Assembly (NCBI GenBank): GCA_965197475.1
Contig: CBDANF010000003.1
Coordinates: 1,120,001 to 1,184,000, forward strand
Length of the DNA: 64,000 nucleotides
Source: Candidatus Poribacteria bacterium
GTDB lineage: Bacteria; Poribacteria; WGA-4E; WGA-3G
Reading direction: 5' to 3'
The notes under the pieces were generated by a model. The model made no database searches, was not told the DNA's origin, and saw only the letters and a list, made by a program, of their open reading frames with translations. Below are positions 48,894 to 60,312 of this stretch, in pieces; the stretch's first letter is position 1; the number at the start of each line of letters is the position of its first letter. A program made the translations under genes and the position numbers.

Positions 48894-50315
48894 ATGAATC
48901 GCATTCTAAAAAACACGTCCACCCTTTTTGGCGCACACCTTATTGGCCGCCTTGGCTCACTCGTCCTAACGCTCTGGCTGATGCCTCGTGTTTTTACGGA
49001 GAGTGAAATAGGCGGTTATTTTGTTGCAATCGCCTTGACAAACCTCATCGCAAGTGTGACGGAGCTCGGTATACATAACCCATTAATTCGGGAGATGACA
49101 CTGGATCTGCAACAAACACGCCACTACCTCGGCAACGCACTCCTTGTTCGTCTTATCTTGTCGGTTGTAGCATACACGCTCATGATTATAAGCGGTGTCT
49201 CTCTCGGATACGCCTCAACAATCGTGACGATGATAGCCTATTTAGGGTTAGCGGAGATTGTTAATTCCATCGCACAACTCTATAGATGCGTTTTTCGGGC
49301 ACATGAGGAGATGAAATATGAGGCGTTGACGGTGGTTGCTGAACGCGGTGTGTTTTTTCTCGTCGGTGGCGGTGCAATTCTGCTCGGATATGGACTTGTG
49401 AATGTGTGTCAGGTGATGTTGATAGCGAGTTGTATTAATCTGATTTTGAGCATCGGATTCACCCGATATCGCTTCACGCCGCTCCGCTTTGAACCGAGTC
49501 ATCAGATTGTAGTGGTGCTGATGCAGCAGGCACTTCCGTTTGCAGTTGGCAATCTGTTCAACCTGCTCTATTTTCGGGTTGATGCGATTATGCTGTCGAA
49601 ACTGAGTCCTTATGGTGTAGATGCGAATACGTGGTACGGTCTGGCGTATACGATTGTCAATGCGTTCACAACGCTACCGGGGGCGTTTATGATGGGTGCG
49701 ATGTTTCCTGTGCTATCTCGTGCGTATGAAAAGGAACGGGATAGGTTGTCGGAGGCATATACATTCGGTGTGCGATGGATGGTGATATGCGGCGTGCCGT
49801 TAGCAGTTGGACTGGCAACGCTTTCCCACGAAATTACCGTTGTGTTGTTCTCTACTTACGCGCAGGATACCGTAGCGAAAATTGCAACGGCGTTGCGATG
49901 GCTAAGTGCATCGGGCGGTATGATTTTCTTGACAACCGTTGTCTTGACGATGCTGCGGGCTGCAGATAAACGGCGTGCGTTTTCAGTACTTATGGGAACA
50001 ACGGCACTTCTGAATATCGGTTTGAACCTGATTCTGATACCGCGTTTCAGTCATGTTGGTGCAGCGGTTGCTATGGTTATAAGTGAGGCGTATCTGCTTA
50101 TCGTCGGGTTTGGTTATATTTCAAAACGGATTGCTAAACTTACTGAAACTCGTTTTATCTTTAAAACTATCATGCTTTCTGCTGTGATGGGAGCAGGTTT
50201 AGTATTGTTAAAAGGGATTCTGTCTATTTGGATTCTGATTCCGTTGGCGATGCTGTTTTATGGTGGTGGGATTGTTGTGTTGGGGGAATTTCGGACGAAA
50301 TTTGCGTTTGATTAA
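48894..50315 (+). CDS. Polysaccharide flippase (Wzx/MOP family)
   Basis: ~14 TMs, LYFRVDAIML, LIPRFSHVGAA. Confidence 0.88.
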   Translation: MNRILKNTSTLFGAHLIGRLGSLVLTLWLMPRVFTESEIGGYFVAIALTNLIASVTELGIHNPLIREMTLDLQQTRHYLGNALLVRLILSVVAYTLMIISGVSLGYASTIVTMIAYLGLAEIVNSIAQLYRCVFRAHEEMKYEALTVVAERGVFFLVGGGAILLGYGLVNVCQVMLIASCINLILSIGFTRYRFTPLRFEPSHQIVVVLMQQALPFAVGNLFNLLYFRVDAIMLSKLSPYGVDANTWYGLAYTIVNAFTTLPGAFMMGAMFPVLSRAYEKERDRLSEAYTFGVRWMVICGVPLAVGLATLSHEITVVLFSTYAQDTVAKIATALRWLSASGGMIFLTTVVLTMLRAADKRRAFSVLMGTTALLNIGLNLILIPRFSHVGAAVAMVISEAYLLIVGFGYISKRIAKLTETRFIFKTIMLSAVMGAGLVLLKGILSIWILIPLAMLFYGGGIVVLGEFRTKFAFD

Positions 50316-50322
50316 ATCTCAA

Positions 50323-50443
50323 CAGGACTTACGCATTCCCCCTTGATATGGGGGTTAGGGGGTTAAATAGGCAGAATTTAGTGCTTTTAACCCCCTAAAT
50401 CCCCCTTATCAGTGGGACTTTTAAACACATTGCGTAAGTCCTG
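50323..50443. mobile_element. 121-bp IS701-derived MITE
   Basis: TIR CAGGACTTACGCA at both ends, 5-bp TSD ctcaa, internal ttagggggttaaa/tttaaccccctaa hairpin. Confidence 0.9.
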
Positions 50444-50492
50444 CTCAAAAAGAAATCTTGCGCTTATGATTTAAAGCATATATAATAGAAAT

Positions 50493-53400
50493 ATGAGTTT
50501 CCAAACACACTGTGACCGCTATTTAGAGAGGATAAACCAAACACGATCCGACCCTGACGCAACCCCTGAACTCTCTTTGCTCCCGCACCTCAAAACGTTC
50601 CTTGAAGAGATTGCCGTTGAATTTTTTGACAGACCTGACATAACATTCACACTGGAACCGAGACAAATTGACCAGATCGGACGACCAGATTTTATAGCAC
50701 GTGACGGATTGCTACCCCTTGGCTATATTGAGGCAGAGGCATACGACAGAGACCTTGACAGACTCACAGGACATGCCAGAGAACAAAATGAACGTTTTAG
50801 GGAAAACCTTGATAACTTTATTCTCACCAATTTCATCGATTTTGAGTTGTGGATAGATGGACAACGCAACACGACAGCACGAATTTTAGAGAACACAAGT
50901 GATTTAGAGGTATTATTAGAGCGGTTTCTGAGTGCCACACCTGTCCAAATTGAGACACCGATAGCACTTGCAAAATACCTGGCAAGACGGACACGCGAAT
51001 TACAAACGCAGATCGCAACGACTCTCACCGATGAAAACAGCAATACCTACGGCATGTTTACAGCGTTCAAGGAGACGCTTCTCCCTACGCTAACTCGCGA
51101 TGATTTCGCGGATATGTACGCGCAAACCTTGACTTACGGATTATTCGCTGCACGTTGCACAGTGCCGAATGCAACAAATTTTTCACGACACACCGCCGCT
51201 GGTGCACTGCCAAGTTCAAACCCGTTCCTCAAACAACTCTTTCACCACGTTGCCTTACCGACACTGGAAACTAACGTCACCTACATTCTGGATAATATCG
51301 CAACACTCCTCCGAAACGTGCCGACAGAGATGCTCCGCACGGCGTTTACTGCCAGAAACCCTCTTGAAGATCCAGTAATTCATTTCTACGAGACGTTCCT
51401 AAAAGAATATAATCCAAAACTCCGCTTTGATCGTGGGGTTTTTTATACACCACCACAAGTTATCTCCTACATTGTTCGCTCAGTGGATAGCCTGCTGAAA
51501 ACAGAACTCAACAGAACCGATGGACTTGCCGATGACAATACCTTGATCCTTGACCCCGCAACAGGTACAGGTGGTTTCTTACTGACGGTGTTGGACCATA
51601 TCCGAGAATATGTCACTACCAATTACGGCACCGGAGATTGGAATCAGTATATCAACGCGCAGCTCGTTAAGCGGATTTTCGGGTTTGAGCTGCTTGTCGC
51701 ACCATATACAATCGCGCATCTGAAGTTGAGCCTGTTTCTGCAAGCGCAAGGGTGGCACGCGAATGAACGTCTCGGAATCTATCTTACCAATGCTTTGGAA
51801 CAACCGGATGAAATGCAGGCTCCTCTGCCTTTTGCTGCGTTTATCTCTGATGAGGCAAACGCAGCACTCTCCGTGAAACGGGACGAACCCATCCTTGTCA
51901 TTCTCGGCAATCCGCCTTATAAGCGTCATTCTGTTAACCCAAGCCGTGTGGGTAGAAATTTAACCTTTATTGGTGAACTCATTGAGGATTATAAACAGGT
52001 AGATGGGGAACCGCTAGATGAAAAGAATCCAAAAGCACTTCAGGATGACTATGTGAAGTTTATCCGATGGGCACAGTGGCGAATTGATAAAAACGGTGAA
52101 GGTGTTATCGGTTATATTGTCAACAATAATTTCCTTGACGCAACCACCGTTCGAGGCATGCGGCAAAATCTGTTAGACAGTTTCAACGCTATCTACGTAC
52201 TCAATTTACACGGTAGTATAATAAAACCAGAAGCTGTCCCTAAAGGAAAAGAAGACCAAAACGTATTTGATATAGAACTGGGAGTTACTATTCTGCTATG
52301 TGTAAAAGAACGTAACAATCCTTCCCCTGCAAAGGTCTATTACGCGGATATGTGGGGACTCCGTGAGGAAAAATACAAAAAACTTTCGGAAACCGATGTT
52401 CAAACCACAGAGTGGACTGAACTACAACCGACATCATCCTATTACCTTTTTGTGCCGCAAGAAACAGACTACAGTGCTGAATATGAAAGTGGATGGAAAA
52501 TTACGGACATCTTCCAAACCAGTTCAATTGGTGTTGTCACCGCAAGAGATAGATTAACAATTCAACGGACTGCTGAAGCGATTCGTGAAACGGTAACTGA
52601 TTTTGTTTCACTTTCTATAGACGAAGCGCGGGAAAAATACAAATTAGGAAAGGATAGCCAAGATTGGAAGGTCCACCTCGCCCAGGCGGATCTCCGTAGT
52701 CACCCTGATACCGTACAGCACATAACGCCAATTCGCTATCGTCCCTTTGACGCGCGCTGGACATATTACACTGGACAATCAAACGGATTTCATTGTAGAC
52801 CTCGTCCTGTTAACATGTCTCATTTACTCCAAGAAAATCTTGCTCTGTGTGTCTGCCGTATTGTCCCAAGTCCTGTGTGGCAACACGCCTTGGTAACAGA
52901 TCAGATTACTGAAAATTGTTACGTTTCAAACAGAGGGAGTGAATCCGGGCATGTGTTTCCGCTCTACTTGTATCCAGATTCAGAGGCATTATTAGGCTCA
53001 ACAGAACGAGAACTTAATTTCAAACCTGCCTTTCTCACTGCACTCGCGGAGACGTTAGAATTACCACAGACTCCACCGTTAAAACTTCCTGAGGGTGTCG
53101 CACCAGAGAAGATTCTCGCTTATATCTATGCTGTGCTTTATAGCCCTACCTACCGTGAACGTTATTATGAGTTTCTAAAATACGATTTTCCACGTATCCC
53201 TTTACCGCAGGATATTGATCAATTCCGCAATCTTGCAGCGTTGGGGCAGGAATTGATTAGTTGGCATCTGTTAAAGGATATGCAGATTCCAGCTCGCCAT
53301 CGGTTTGAAGGTGAAGGTGACGGTGTTGTCGGAAAGCCTCGTTATGAAGATGGCAATGTTTGGATCAATGCTACGCAGCATTTTACGGATGTGTCTGCGG

Positions 53401-53570
53401 AGGTTTGGGAATATGAGGTCGGGGCGTATCAGGTGTGTGAGAAGTGGTTGAAGGATAGGAAGGGAGAGGCGTTAAGTCATGCGGAGGTGCGTCAGTATCG
53501 TTCTATTTTGGTTGCTGTTGCGGAAACGCTGCGGGTTGTGAGGGAGATTGATGGGGTGCTTGAATTTTAA
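50493..53570 (+). CDS. Single-chain Type IIG-like R-M enzyme (nuclease + m6A MTase + specificity domain)
   Basis: RPDF..GYIEAE, GVFYTP, DPATGTG, GNPPY, YRPFD, DFPRIP. Confidence 0.88.
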   Translation: MSFQTHCDRYLERINQTRSDPDATPELSLLPHLKTFLEEIAVEFFDRPDITFTLEPRQIDQIGRPDFIARDGLLPLGYIEAEAYDRDLDRLTGHAREQNERFRENLDNFILTNFIDFELWIDGQRNTTARILENTSDLEVLLERFLSATPVQIETPIALAKYLARRTRELQTQIATTLTDENSNTYGMFTAFKETLLPTLTRDDFADMYAQTLTYGLFAARCTVPNATNFSRHTAAGALPSSNPFLKQLFHHVALPTLETNVTYILDNIATLLRNVPTEMLRTAFTARNPLEDPVIHFYETFLKEYNPKLRFDRGVFYTPPQVISYIVRSVDSLLKTELNRTDGLADDNTLILDPATGTGGFLLTVLDHIREYVTTNYGTGDWNQYINAQLVKRIFGFELLVAPYTIAHLKLSLFLQAQGWHANERLGIYLTNALEQPDEMQAPLPFAAFISDEANAALSVKRDEPILVILGNPPYKRHSVNPSRVGRNLTFIGELIEDYKQVDGEPLDEKNPKALQDDYVKFIRWAQWRIDKNGEGVIGYIVNNNFLDATTVRGMRQNLLDSFNAIYVLNLHGSIIKPEAVPKGKEDQNVFDIELGVTILLCVKERNNPSPAKVYYADMWGLREEKYKKLSETDVQTTEWTELQPTSSYYLFVPQETDYSAEYESGWKITDIFQTSSIGVVTARDRLTIQRTAEAIRETVTDFVSLSIDEAREKYKLGKDSQDWKVHLAQADLRSHPDTVQHITPIRYRPFDARWTYYTGQSNGFHCRPRPVNMSHLLQENLALCVCRIVPSPVWQHALVTDQITENCYVSNRGSESGHVFPLYLYPDSEALLGSTERELNFKPAFLTALAETLELPQTPPLKLPEGVAPEKILAYIYAVLYSPTYRERYYEFLKYDFPRIPLPQDIDQFRNLAALGQELISWHLLKDMQIPARHRFEGEGDGVVGKPRYEDGNVWINATQHFTDVSAEVWEYEVGAYQVCEKWLKDRKGEALSHAEVRQYRSILVAVAETLRVVREIDGVLEF

Positions 53571-53643
53571 ACGATCTAATACAACGTAGGTATGTTTTGT
53601 GTCAACGTGACGAATTTTGACAATCTGTTTTATGGAGGCTATT

Positions 53644-54954
53644 ATGGCTGAAGGACAATTTTTATTTGATTTGGATTATACTGAATTTTATGAGGCTTGG
53701 TCCCAGAAAAACCTTTCTAAGTTACAACAAAAATTTGATACAAGTCCAGTTAATATTTCCCGTAGTCTGCTAATATCCGAAGAAACTGAGGGCACTTATT
53801 GGTTGTTAGCAGATTTTGAGAATGAGAAATCTTACAATATTAGAAAGGAAAATGAAACAACGGTCGAAATATCAGAGGGTGTCGATATGGAAAAACGCTC
53901 TGATTTCTTAGGCGACGCTGGCACGATTGTTCCACGACTAAAAAGCGGTATAGGCACTCACACAGGAATTATTGATGCTTTAAAAAGACTTGATTTTAAC
54001 ATAGTTAACCTTGAAAACTTAAAACGTCCTGATTTATCAGTTAGAGGACTTAGCTTTGAGTCTGTATATCCAGATTTGGAAGTTGCCTATAAGTTGTTAG
54101 ATGAAATTCTTGCATCTCCGCGCGATGCACTTGTTAGTCTATCATCCTTGTATGTCCAGCAACTCAAGGACTACGTTCTCGAATCCTACGAAATGACCAG
54201 AAAAATTATTGATTTTGGAGTAGGAGGCAAAGACGAAAATATAAGAATACAGCATGAAGAACTTTTGCAAGAAATTAGTAAATTTTGTGATAGGGTGAAA
54301 AACTTTTCGCTTCAGGTTGCAGCTTATTTGTCGTCAAGGAGGGTAGAACAACTTGAGGAACAGGTTAAAACCATTCTTACTGCTTCTGAAGAAAAACTAA
54401 AGGAAATAGAGCAAACACACACTAAGTATCTAAACCGATTGAAAGAAATTCCTCTTTCAGAATTCAAAACAATTTTTGAGGACCAAGCAAAGAAACACGA
54501 ACAAATAGCCTCCTATTGGCTTTGGGCTACAGTTGGATTGGCTGTTTTGTTCGGTGGAATCTTTGTATGGTTATTTTGGTGGTTATTAATGAACGCCATA
54601 CCAACAGAGGTTAATATATCTGTCGTTCTATCAAATCTGTTTACCAAAGGTTTCTTCCTTTCCTTAGTTTTTCTACTTCTCAACCGTTCCATTAAAAATT
54701 ATACTGCTGAGAAACATTTAGAGGTTGTCAACACTCACCGTAAAAATGCATTAGCAACTTTTATAGCTTTTGCTGATTCGGCAGAGGCAAGTGACACTCG
54801 TGAACAAGTCTTATTGGCAGCAACGAAAACTATCTTTGATGCAAATCAGAGTGGATATTTGTCCGCTAAGACCAGCGGTTCTGATAGTGCGAGTCCAGTA
54901 CACCATTTTATTAAGGAAGTTTTACCTTCCAAATCATCTACAGGCAGTGATTAA
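53644..54954 (+). CDS. Hypothetical coiled-coil protein with two C-terminal TM helices
   Basis: GGAGG RBS before ATG 53644; long ORF. Confidence 0.8.
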   Translation: MAEGQFLFDLDYTEFYEAWSQKNLSKLQQKFDTSPVNISRSLLISEETEGTYWLLADFENEKSYNIRKENETTVEISEGVDMEKRSDFLGDAGTIVPRLKSGIGTHTGIIDALKRLDFNIVNLENLKRPDLSVRGLSFESVYPDLEVAYKLLDEILASPRDALVSLSSLYVQQLKDYVLESYEMTRKIIDFGVGGKDENIRIQHEELLQEISKFCDRVKNFSLQVAAYLSSRRVEQLEEQVKTILTASEEKLKEIEQTHTKYLNRLKEIPLSEFKTIFEDQAKKHEQIASYWLWATVGLAVLFGGIFVWLFWWLLMNAIPTEVNISVVLSNLFTKGFFLSLVFLLLNRSIKNYTAEKHLEVVNTHRKNALATFIAFADSAEASDTREQVLLAATKTIFDANQSGYLSAKTSGSDSASPVHHFIKEVLPSKSSTGSD

Positions 54955-55191
54955 GCATGCTCGTGTAAGTAGTCCTTCCTTTGCTAATTCTAACGTTTGA
55001 ACAGCTTGCGTGCGGCTGACGGATGGGAAATCGTCCAAAAATTCGTCTAAGTCATCGCCTGCTTCCAAATAGTCAATGAGGTTTTTGATGGGAACACGCG
55101 TATTTTTGAAAACGGGCGTGCCACTCAAAATCCTCGGATTGCAGGTAATGATGTCTTTAAATGCCTGTGTTGTTTGTTTATCAAAATTCAT
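54934..55191 (-). CDS. DUF433 domain protein
   Basis: NPRILSGTPVFKNTRVP..EFLDDFPSV; GGAG RBS before MNFDK. Confidence 0.85.
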   Translation of the reverse strand: MNFDKQTTQAFKDIITCNPRILSGTPVFKNTRVPIKNLIDYLEAGDDLDEFLDDFPSVSRTQAVQTLELAKEGLLTRACLITACR

Positions 55192-55228
55192 GCGTGTGTT
55201 TCTCCTTATAGGGAAATCCGACAGCAAT

Positions 55229-55444
55229 TTAAACAGATTTCCGTTTCTCAAAAAGTTCATGCCGCAGCAGCATGAGTTGCGATGCTTGCAACGTCTCTAA
55301 AGCATACATCTGCCCTTTGAGGTCGCTAAACTCAACTTCAAATACGTCCGGTTCATATTCTTCAACAATAGTACCGACCTGTCCACAGTATAACTTGAGT
55401 GCTGGCAAGTCTTCTAAAAGTGCAACCGTATCAAATAGTTTCAT
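55229..55444 (-). CDS. DUF4926 domain protein
   Basis: DTVALLEDL..GQVGTIVE..FEVEFSD..G..YAL. Confidence 0.85.
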   Translation of the reverse strand: MKLFDTVALLEDLPALKLYCGQVGTIVEEYEPDVFEVEFSDLKGQMYALETLQASQLMLLRHELFEKRKSV

Positions 55445-55464
55445 TAGTTTCTCCTAAAACATTC

Positions 55465-56736
55465 TCAAGTATACAGCCCTTGCAGCACCTCAAAATAATT
55501 AGGAAATGTTTTGCTGACGCAATCAGGATCATTAATCCGAATCCCAGGCACCTTTAAGCCGATGAGTGAAAACGCCATTGCCACACGATGGTCGCTATAG
55601 GTATCAATCGCTGCGGGTGTAATAGGAAAAGGAGAGATTTCAAGTCCGTCTTGATGTTCAACCACAGGCACGCCTAATTTTCGGAGTTCTGTCACCATCG
55701 CGTGAATTCTGTCGGTCTCCTGCCAACGTGTATGCTCAATGTTTCGGATAGTGACTTTGCTATCAGCAAACGGGGCAATTGCGGCAAGCGTCAACGCGGT
55801 ATCCGAAATATCTTTCATGTCCACCTCAATACCTTTCAACTGATGCGGTCCCTTCACTTTAATTCCACTGTCAGAAACGTTGATTTGACACCCCATCTGC
55901 TCCAAAACACGCACAAATTGGACATCACCTTGTGCAGAATCTGTGGATAAATGCTTCACGGTGACGCATCCACCGGTGAGTGCTGCGGCGGCGAAAAAGT
56001 AGGACGCACTGGAGGCATCCGGCTCAATGTGGTAAGAACATGGTTGATACTGCTGCCCACCTGCAATGTGGAAATGTGTATAATCTTTGTGGATAACTTG
56101 TGCACCGAACACCTCCATAACCGCCATCGTAATGTCAATATATGGTGTTTTGAGGTCGCCAATAACTTCTATCTCCATACCTTTTTTGGCATAGGGCGCG
56201 ATGAGCATCAACGATGTTAAAAACTGACTGCTTTTACTGGCATCAAGTCGTGTTTTCCCACCTTCGATCCCATCTGCTTGCACAACAACAGGGAGATGAC
56301 CGTTCTCAAATTGTGAGCGTACCAAAACACCAAGCTGCGTCAGTGCGTCAAGTAAATCTGATATAGGACGACCGCGCCGCATCGGTTCATCGCCGTCGAT
56401 CACAAATTCACCGTGGCCGAGAGACACAAAACTGATAAGTGAACGTGTTGTTGTGCCTGAGTTGCCTACATAGAGGTCCGCACCTTGAGCGGGGATATTT
56501 CCGCCATTTCCGGTAACATGAAAGGTGGCTTGTTCTCTATTTTCCACAATGTGGATACCGAGTTTTCGGAGTGCGTTGCACATATAGTGCGTATCATCGC
56601 TGAAAAGTGCACCTGTCAACGTAGAGTCTCCGTGCGCGAGTGCAGCAACTAACAAGGCACGGTTCGTGAAACTTTTAGAACCAGGCACCGCTATCGTAAC
56701 ATTAGGGGGGTTAGAAATCGGTTGTATTTCAATCAT
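55465..56736 (-). CDS. aroA: EPSP synthase
   Basis: PGSKS, GNSGT, SSQF, ETDRI, DHRVAMAF, KTFP. Confidence 0.97.
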   Translation of the reverse strand: MIEIQPISNPPNVTIAVPGSKSFTNRALLVAALAHGDSTLTGALFSDDTHYMCNALRKLGIHIVENREQATFHVTGNGGNIPAQGADLYVGNSGTTTRSLISFVSLGHGEFVIDGDEPMRRGRPISDLLDALTQLGVLVRSQFENGHLPVVVQADGIEGGKTRLDASKSSQFLTSLMLIAPYAKKGMEIEVIGDLKTPYIDITMAVMEVFGAQVIHKDYTHFHIAGGQQYQPCSYHIEPDASSASYFFAAAALTGGCVTVKHLSTDSAQGDVQFVRVLEQMGCQINVSDSGIKVKGPHQLKGIEVDMKDISDTALTLAAIAPFADSKVTIRNIEHTRWQETDRIHAMVTELRKLGVPVVEHQDGLEISPFPITPAAIDTYSDHRVAMAFSLIGLKVPGIRINDPDCVSKTFPNYFEVLQGLYT

Positions 56737-56742
56737 TTTTGT

Positions 56743-57642
<900 letters not shown>

Positions 57643-57770
57643 TATTGCCCTCTCTTGTTTCGCTAAATTGTAACATAATTGCAGTTTAGCAAAGCCCAAT
57701 TTAAATGTCAATAACTTCCCAAATGTGTTATTATATTGGAATCCAACGAATTTGCAGATGAAAGATATTT

Positions 57771-59561
57771 ATGAATATTCGGACACAACTGACACTTAGT
57801 TACATAGGCATCGTGCTTTTGGTACTGTTTGGAATGTACCTTTACCTTGGAACAACACTTGAAGGGGCACTTAGCAGTCGTATTAACAGCGAATTGGAGG
57901 TTCAGGCGGAGTTAACGAGAGAATTCCTAATTGAGGAACTCCCTGCAGAAGATAACTTTACTTATAAAATGATAGATGGTCTTGTTGATAGACTTGGAGA
58001 GACAGGCAAGGCACGTTTGACGTTCATAGGCGTGGATGGAATTGTTTGGGGTGATACGGAACGAGATGGGGAGTCGCTGCGTCAAATGGACAACCATCTC
58101 GATCATCCAGAGGTACAGGAAGCTATTAAGAATGGTAGTGGTATCCGAGACCGTCGCAGCGATACAACACAGACTGAATTCCGTTACTTTGCGCTGCCAG
58201 TTGAACAAAACGGGACTTTAATAGGTTTTTGCCGTGTTGCGCTGCCGATGGAAGCTGTTAATACGACGATCAGTAACCTCTACCGAAGACTGTTGTACGC
58301 GAGTATTGCTGGGTTGATTCTTGTCATTTTGTTCGGAATTTTTAGTACCGGTGCTATTGTCAAGCCGATTAAGAAGTTGACGCAGATCACGCAATCCATT
58401 GCTGCAGGTGAAGTTACTTCGCGAGTTGAGGTTAAATCTGATAATGAGTTAGGGCAACTCTCACGGAATTTCAATCTAATAACAGATAGGGTGCAAGAAC
58501 AGATTGGCAAGATTTCATCAGAAAATCAGCGTTTAGAAACCATCTTGAACAACATGAGCGAAGGTGTGTTGTTGGTAAATGGTGCATCCGAGATTACCTA
58601 TGCCAATCCAGCCGCGATCGTTATGTTAAACCTTCCAGAAATGTATGTCGGTAGGGCGTTAATTGAAATAAACCGTATTCCCGAACTACAAGCTTTACTT
58701 AGGGAGGCAGAACAAACAGGAGATGTTGCTTTTGCAGAAATTCGTCTCGGGAATCTGAAGGAGTCAGAGGCAGAGGTAACCATAGTGCCTGTAGCTTCAC
58801 AGAGTGAGTATGTTGTTGTTATCCACGATGTTAGCCATGTGCGAAAACTGGAGCAGATTCGCGCTGACTTCGTAGCAAACGTTTCACATGAATTGCGAAC
58901 GCCTTTGACCACAATTCACGGATACGCTGAAACTTTGTTGAATAACGGGTCTACTAAAAGCAAAAAACGCAAGGAATTTATTGTCAAGATACTAAATCAC
59001 TCTGCTCGTCTCTCACGCTTGGTCTCCGATTTGCTGGAATTGGCACGTCTTGAATCGGGAGATGTTGAGTTGAAACGTTCACAATGCCACCTGAATGCTT
59101 TCCATGAACCGATTTTGGATGTGTTCGAACCGGTGCTGGAAGAATCAGGCGTAACCTTGAAATGGGAAATACCCGAAAATTTGCCTCAAGTGAGCGTGGA
59201 TAGTCAGCTTTTCATGCAGGTTTTTGTCAACCTCATTGACAATGCTATTAAATATACCCCTGATGAGGGTGTAATTGGCGTTTCAGCGGAATTAGGTGGA
59301 ACAAACTCTGACGCTGCCAATGAAGTTGTTGTCCATATAACAGACTCTGGCATCGGTATTCCATTAGAGTCCCAATCTCGCGTTTTCGAGCGGTTTTATC
59401 GTGTTGATAAAGGACGCGCGCGGGAAATGGGTGGCACCGGTTTAGGATTAGCAATTACCAAGCATATTTTGCTGTGCCATAAAGGACGGATATGGTTGGA
59501 AAGCGAATTGGGTCAAGGCACCGTGTTTCATTTTGCGCTACCGCTTGAAAAACAGGATTAA
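57771..59561 (+). CDS. phoR: PhoR-like sensor histidine kinase (HAMP, PAS, HisKA, HATPase)
   Basis: MDNHLDHPEV, DFVANVSHELRTPLT, ERFYRVDKGR, GGTGLGL. Confidence 0.8.
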   Translation: MNIRTQLTLSYIGIVLLVLFGMYLYLGTTLEGALSSRINSELEVQAELTREFLIEELPAEDNFTYKMIDGLVDRLGETGKARLTFIGVDGIVWGDTERDGESLRQMDNHLDHPEVQEAIKNGSGIRDRRSDTTQTEFRYFALPVEQNGTLIGFCRVALPMEAVNTTISNLYRRLLYASIAGLILVILFGIFSTGAIVKPIKKLTQITQSIAAGEVTSRVEVKSDNELGQLSRNFNLITDRVQEQIGKISSENQRLETILNNMSEGVLLVNGASEITYANPAAIVMLNLPEMYVGRALIEINRIPELQALLREAEQTGDVAFAEIRLGNLKESEAEVTIVPVASQSEYVVVIHDVSHVRKLEQIRADFVANVSHELRTPLTTIHGYAETLLNNGSTKSKKRKEFIVKILNHSARLSRLVSDLLELARLESGDVELKRSQCHLNAFHEPILDVFEPVLEESGVTLKWEIPENLPQVSVDSQLFMQVFVNLIDNAIKYTPDEGVIGVSAELGGTNSDAANEVVVHITDSGIGIPLESQSRVFERFYRVDKGRAREMGGTGLGLAITKHILLCHKGRIWLESELGQGTVFHFALPLEKQD

Positions 59562-60235
59562 ATCTGCCATGCCTGTTCTGTCCATGCCATCTCCCAAAAC
59601 AGATACTCATAACGACTACTAAGTAGAAAGTTTTTCTGGAGCCGCTCTTTTTCGGCAAGGCTGCTATCAGTTGTGATATCGTTCAACAGGTTTCGTAGCC
59701 ATTCACCTAAAGCAAGGAATTCAGGTGATGCATACATATCTATCCATTCTTGGTATAGCGGTTCGGGGGAACCACCCTGTTCGGAGAGAGTTGTGCCGAT
59801 TTCGGCGTAACCCCATTGGCATGGGAGCACACCTGCAATGACATCTGCCAACGTGCCGATTTGTGCGACGTGAAGCAGATGTCGCGTATAAGCGTGTGTT
59901 GTGGGTGCTACCGGTGCCGCTTCCATTTCAGCGGGAGAGATGCCGAATTTTTCGCAATACCAGCGATGCAAATCCATTTCAGTGTTCAACGTTTCGTTGA
60001 GCAATTTTGCAAAGAGTGCCATTGTCGCTTCATTGGGTGCTTTGATAACGCCATAAGCAAATACACGGCTATAATCCAATAGAAACAGGTAATCTTGGAT
60101 TAGGTAGAATTTGAACTTTTCTTTCGGTAGAGTCCCATCCGCCATTCCGCGAACGAATGGATGCTTAAGGTCTGCCTCCCAGATTGGTGCAGCATATTGC
60201 CTCAGTTCATCGGTGAATTTGGAATTTTGTGTCAT
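59558..60235 (-). CDS. tenA: Thiaminase II TenA
   Basis: HPFV, YLIQDYLFL, LPCQWGY, YEYLFWEMA. Confidence 0.93.
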   Translation of the reverse strand: MTQNSKFTDELRQYAAPIWEADLKHPFVRGMADGTLPKEKFKFYLIQDYLFLLDYSRVFAYGVIKAPNEATMALFAKLLNETLNTEMDLHRWYCEKFGISPAEMEAAPVAPTTHAYTRHLLHVAQIGTLADVIAGVLPCQWGYAEIGTTLSEQGGSPEPLYQEWIDMYASPEFLALGEWLRNLLNDITTDSSLAEKERLQKNFLLSSRYEYLFWEMAWTEQAWQI

Positions 60236-60312
60236 AATGTCTTCTTGAAATGTATTATACCAAATTAACGAGATTAGTCTGATTTTTTGGCAGACATAGT
60301 TTTTTAACCCTA

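Noticed and set aside
60236-60312. TPP riboswitch upstream of tenA
   Set aside because: Too short and lacks the CTGAGA and CCTGA..AATGC..CGTAGG motifs
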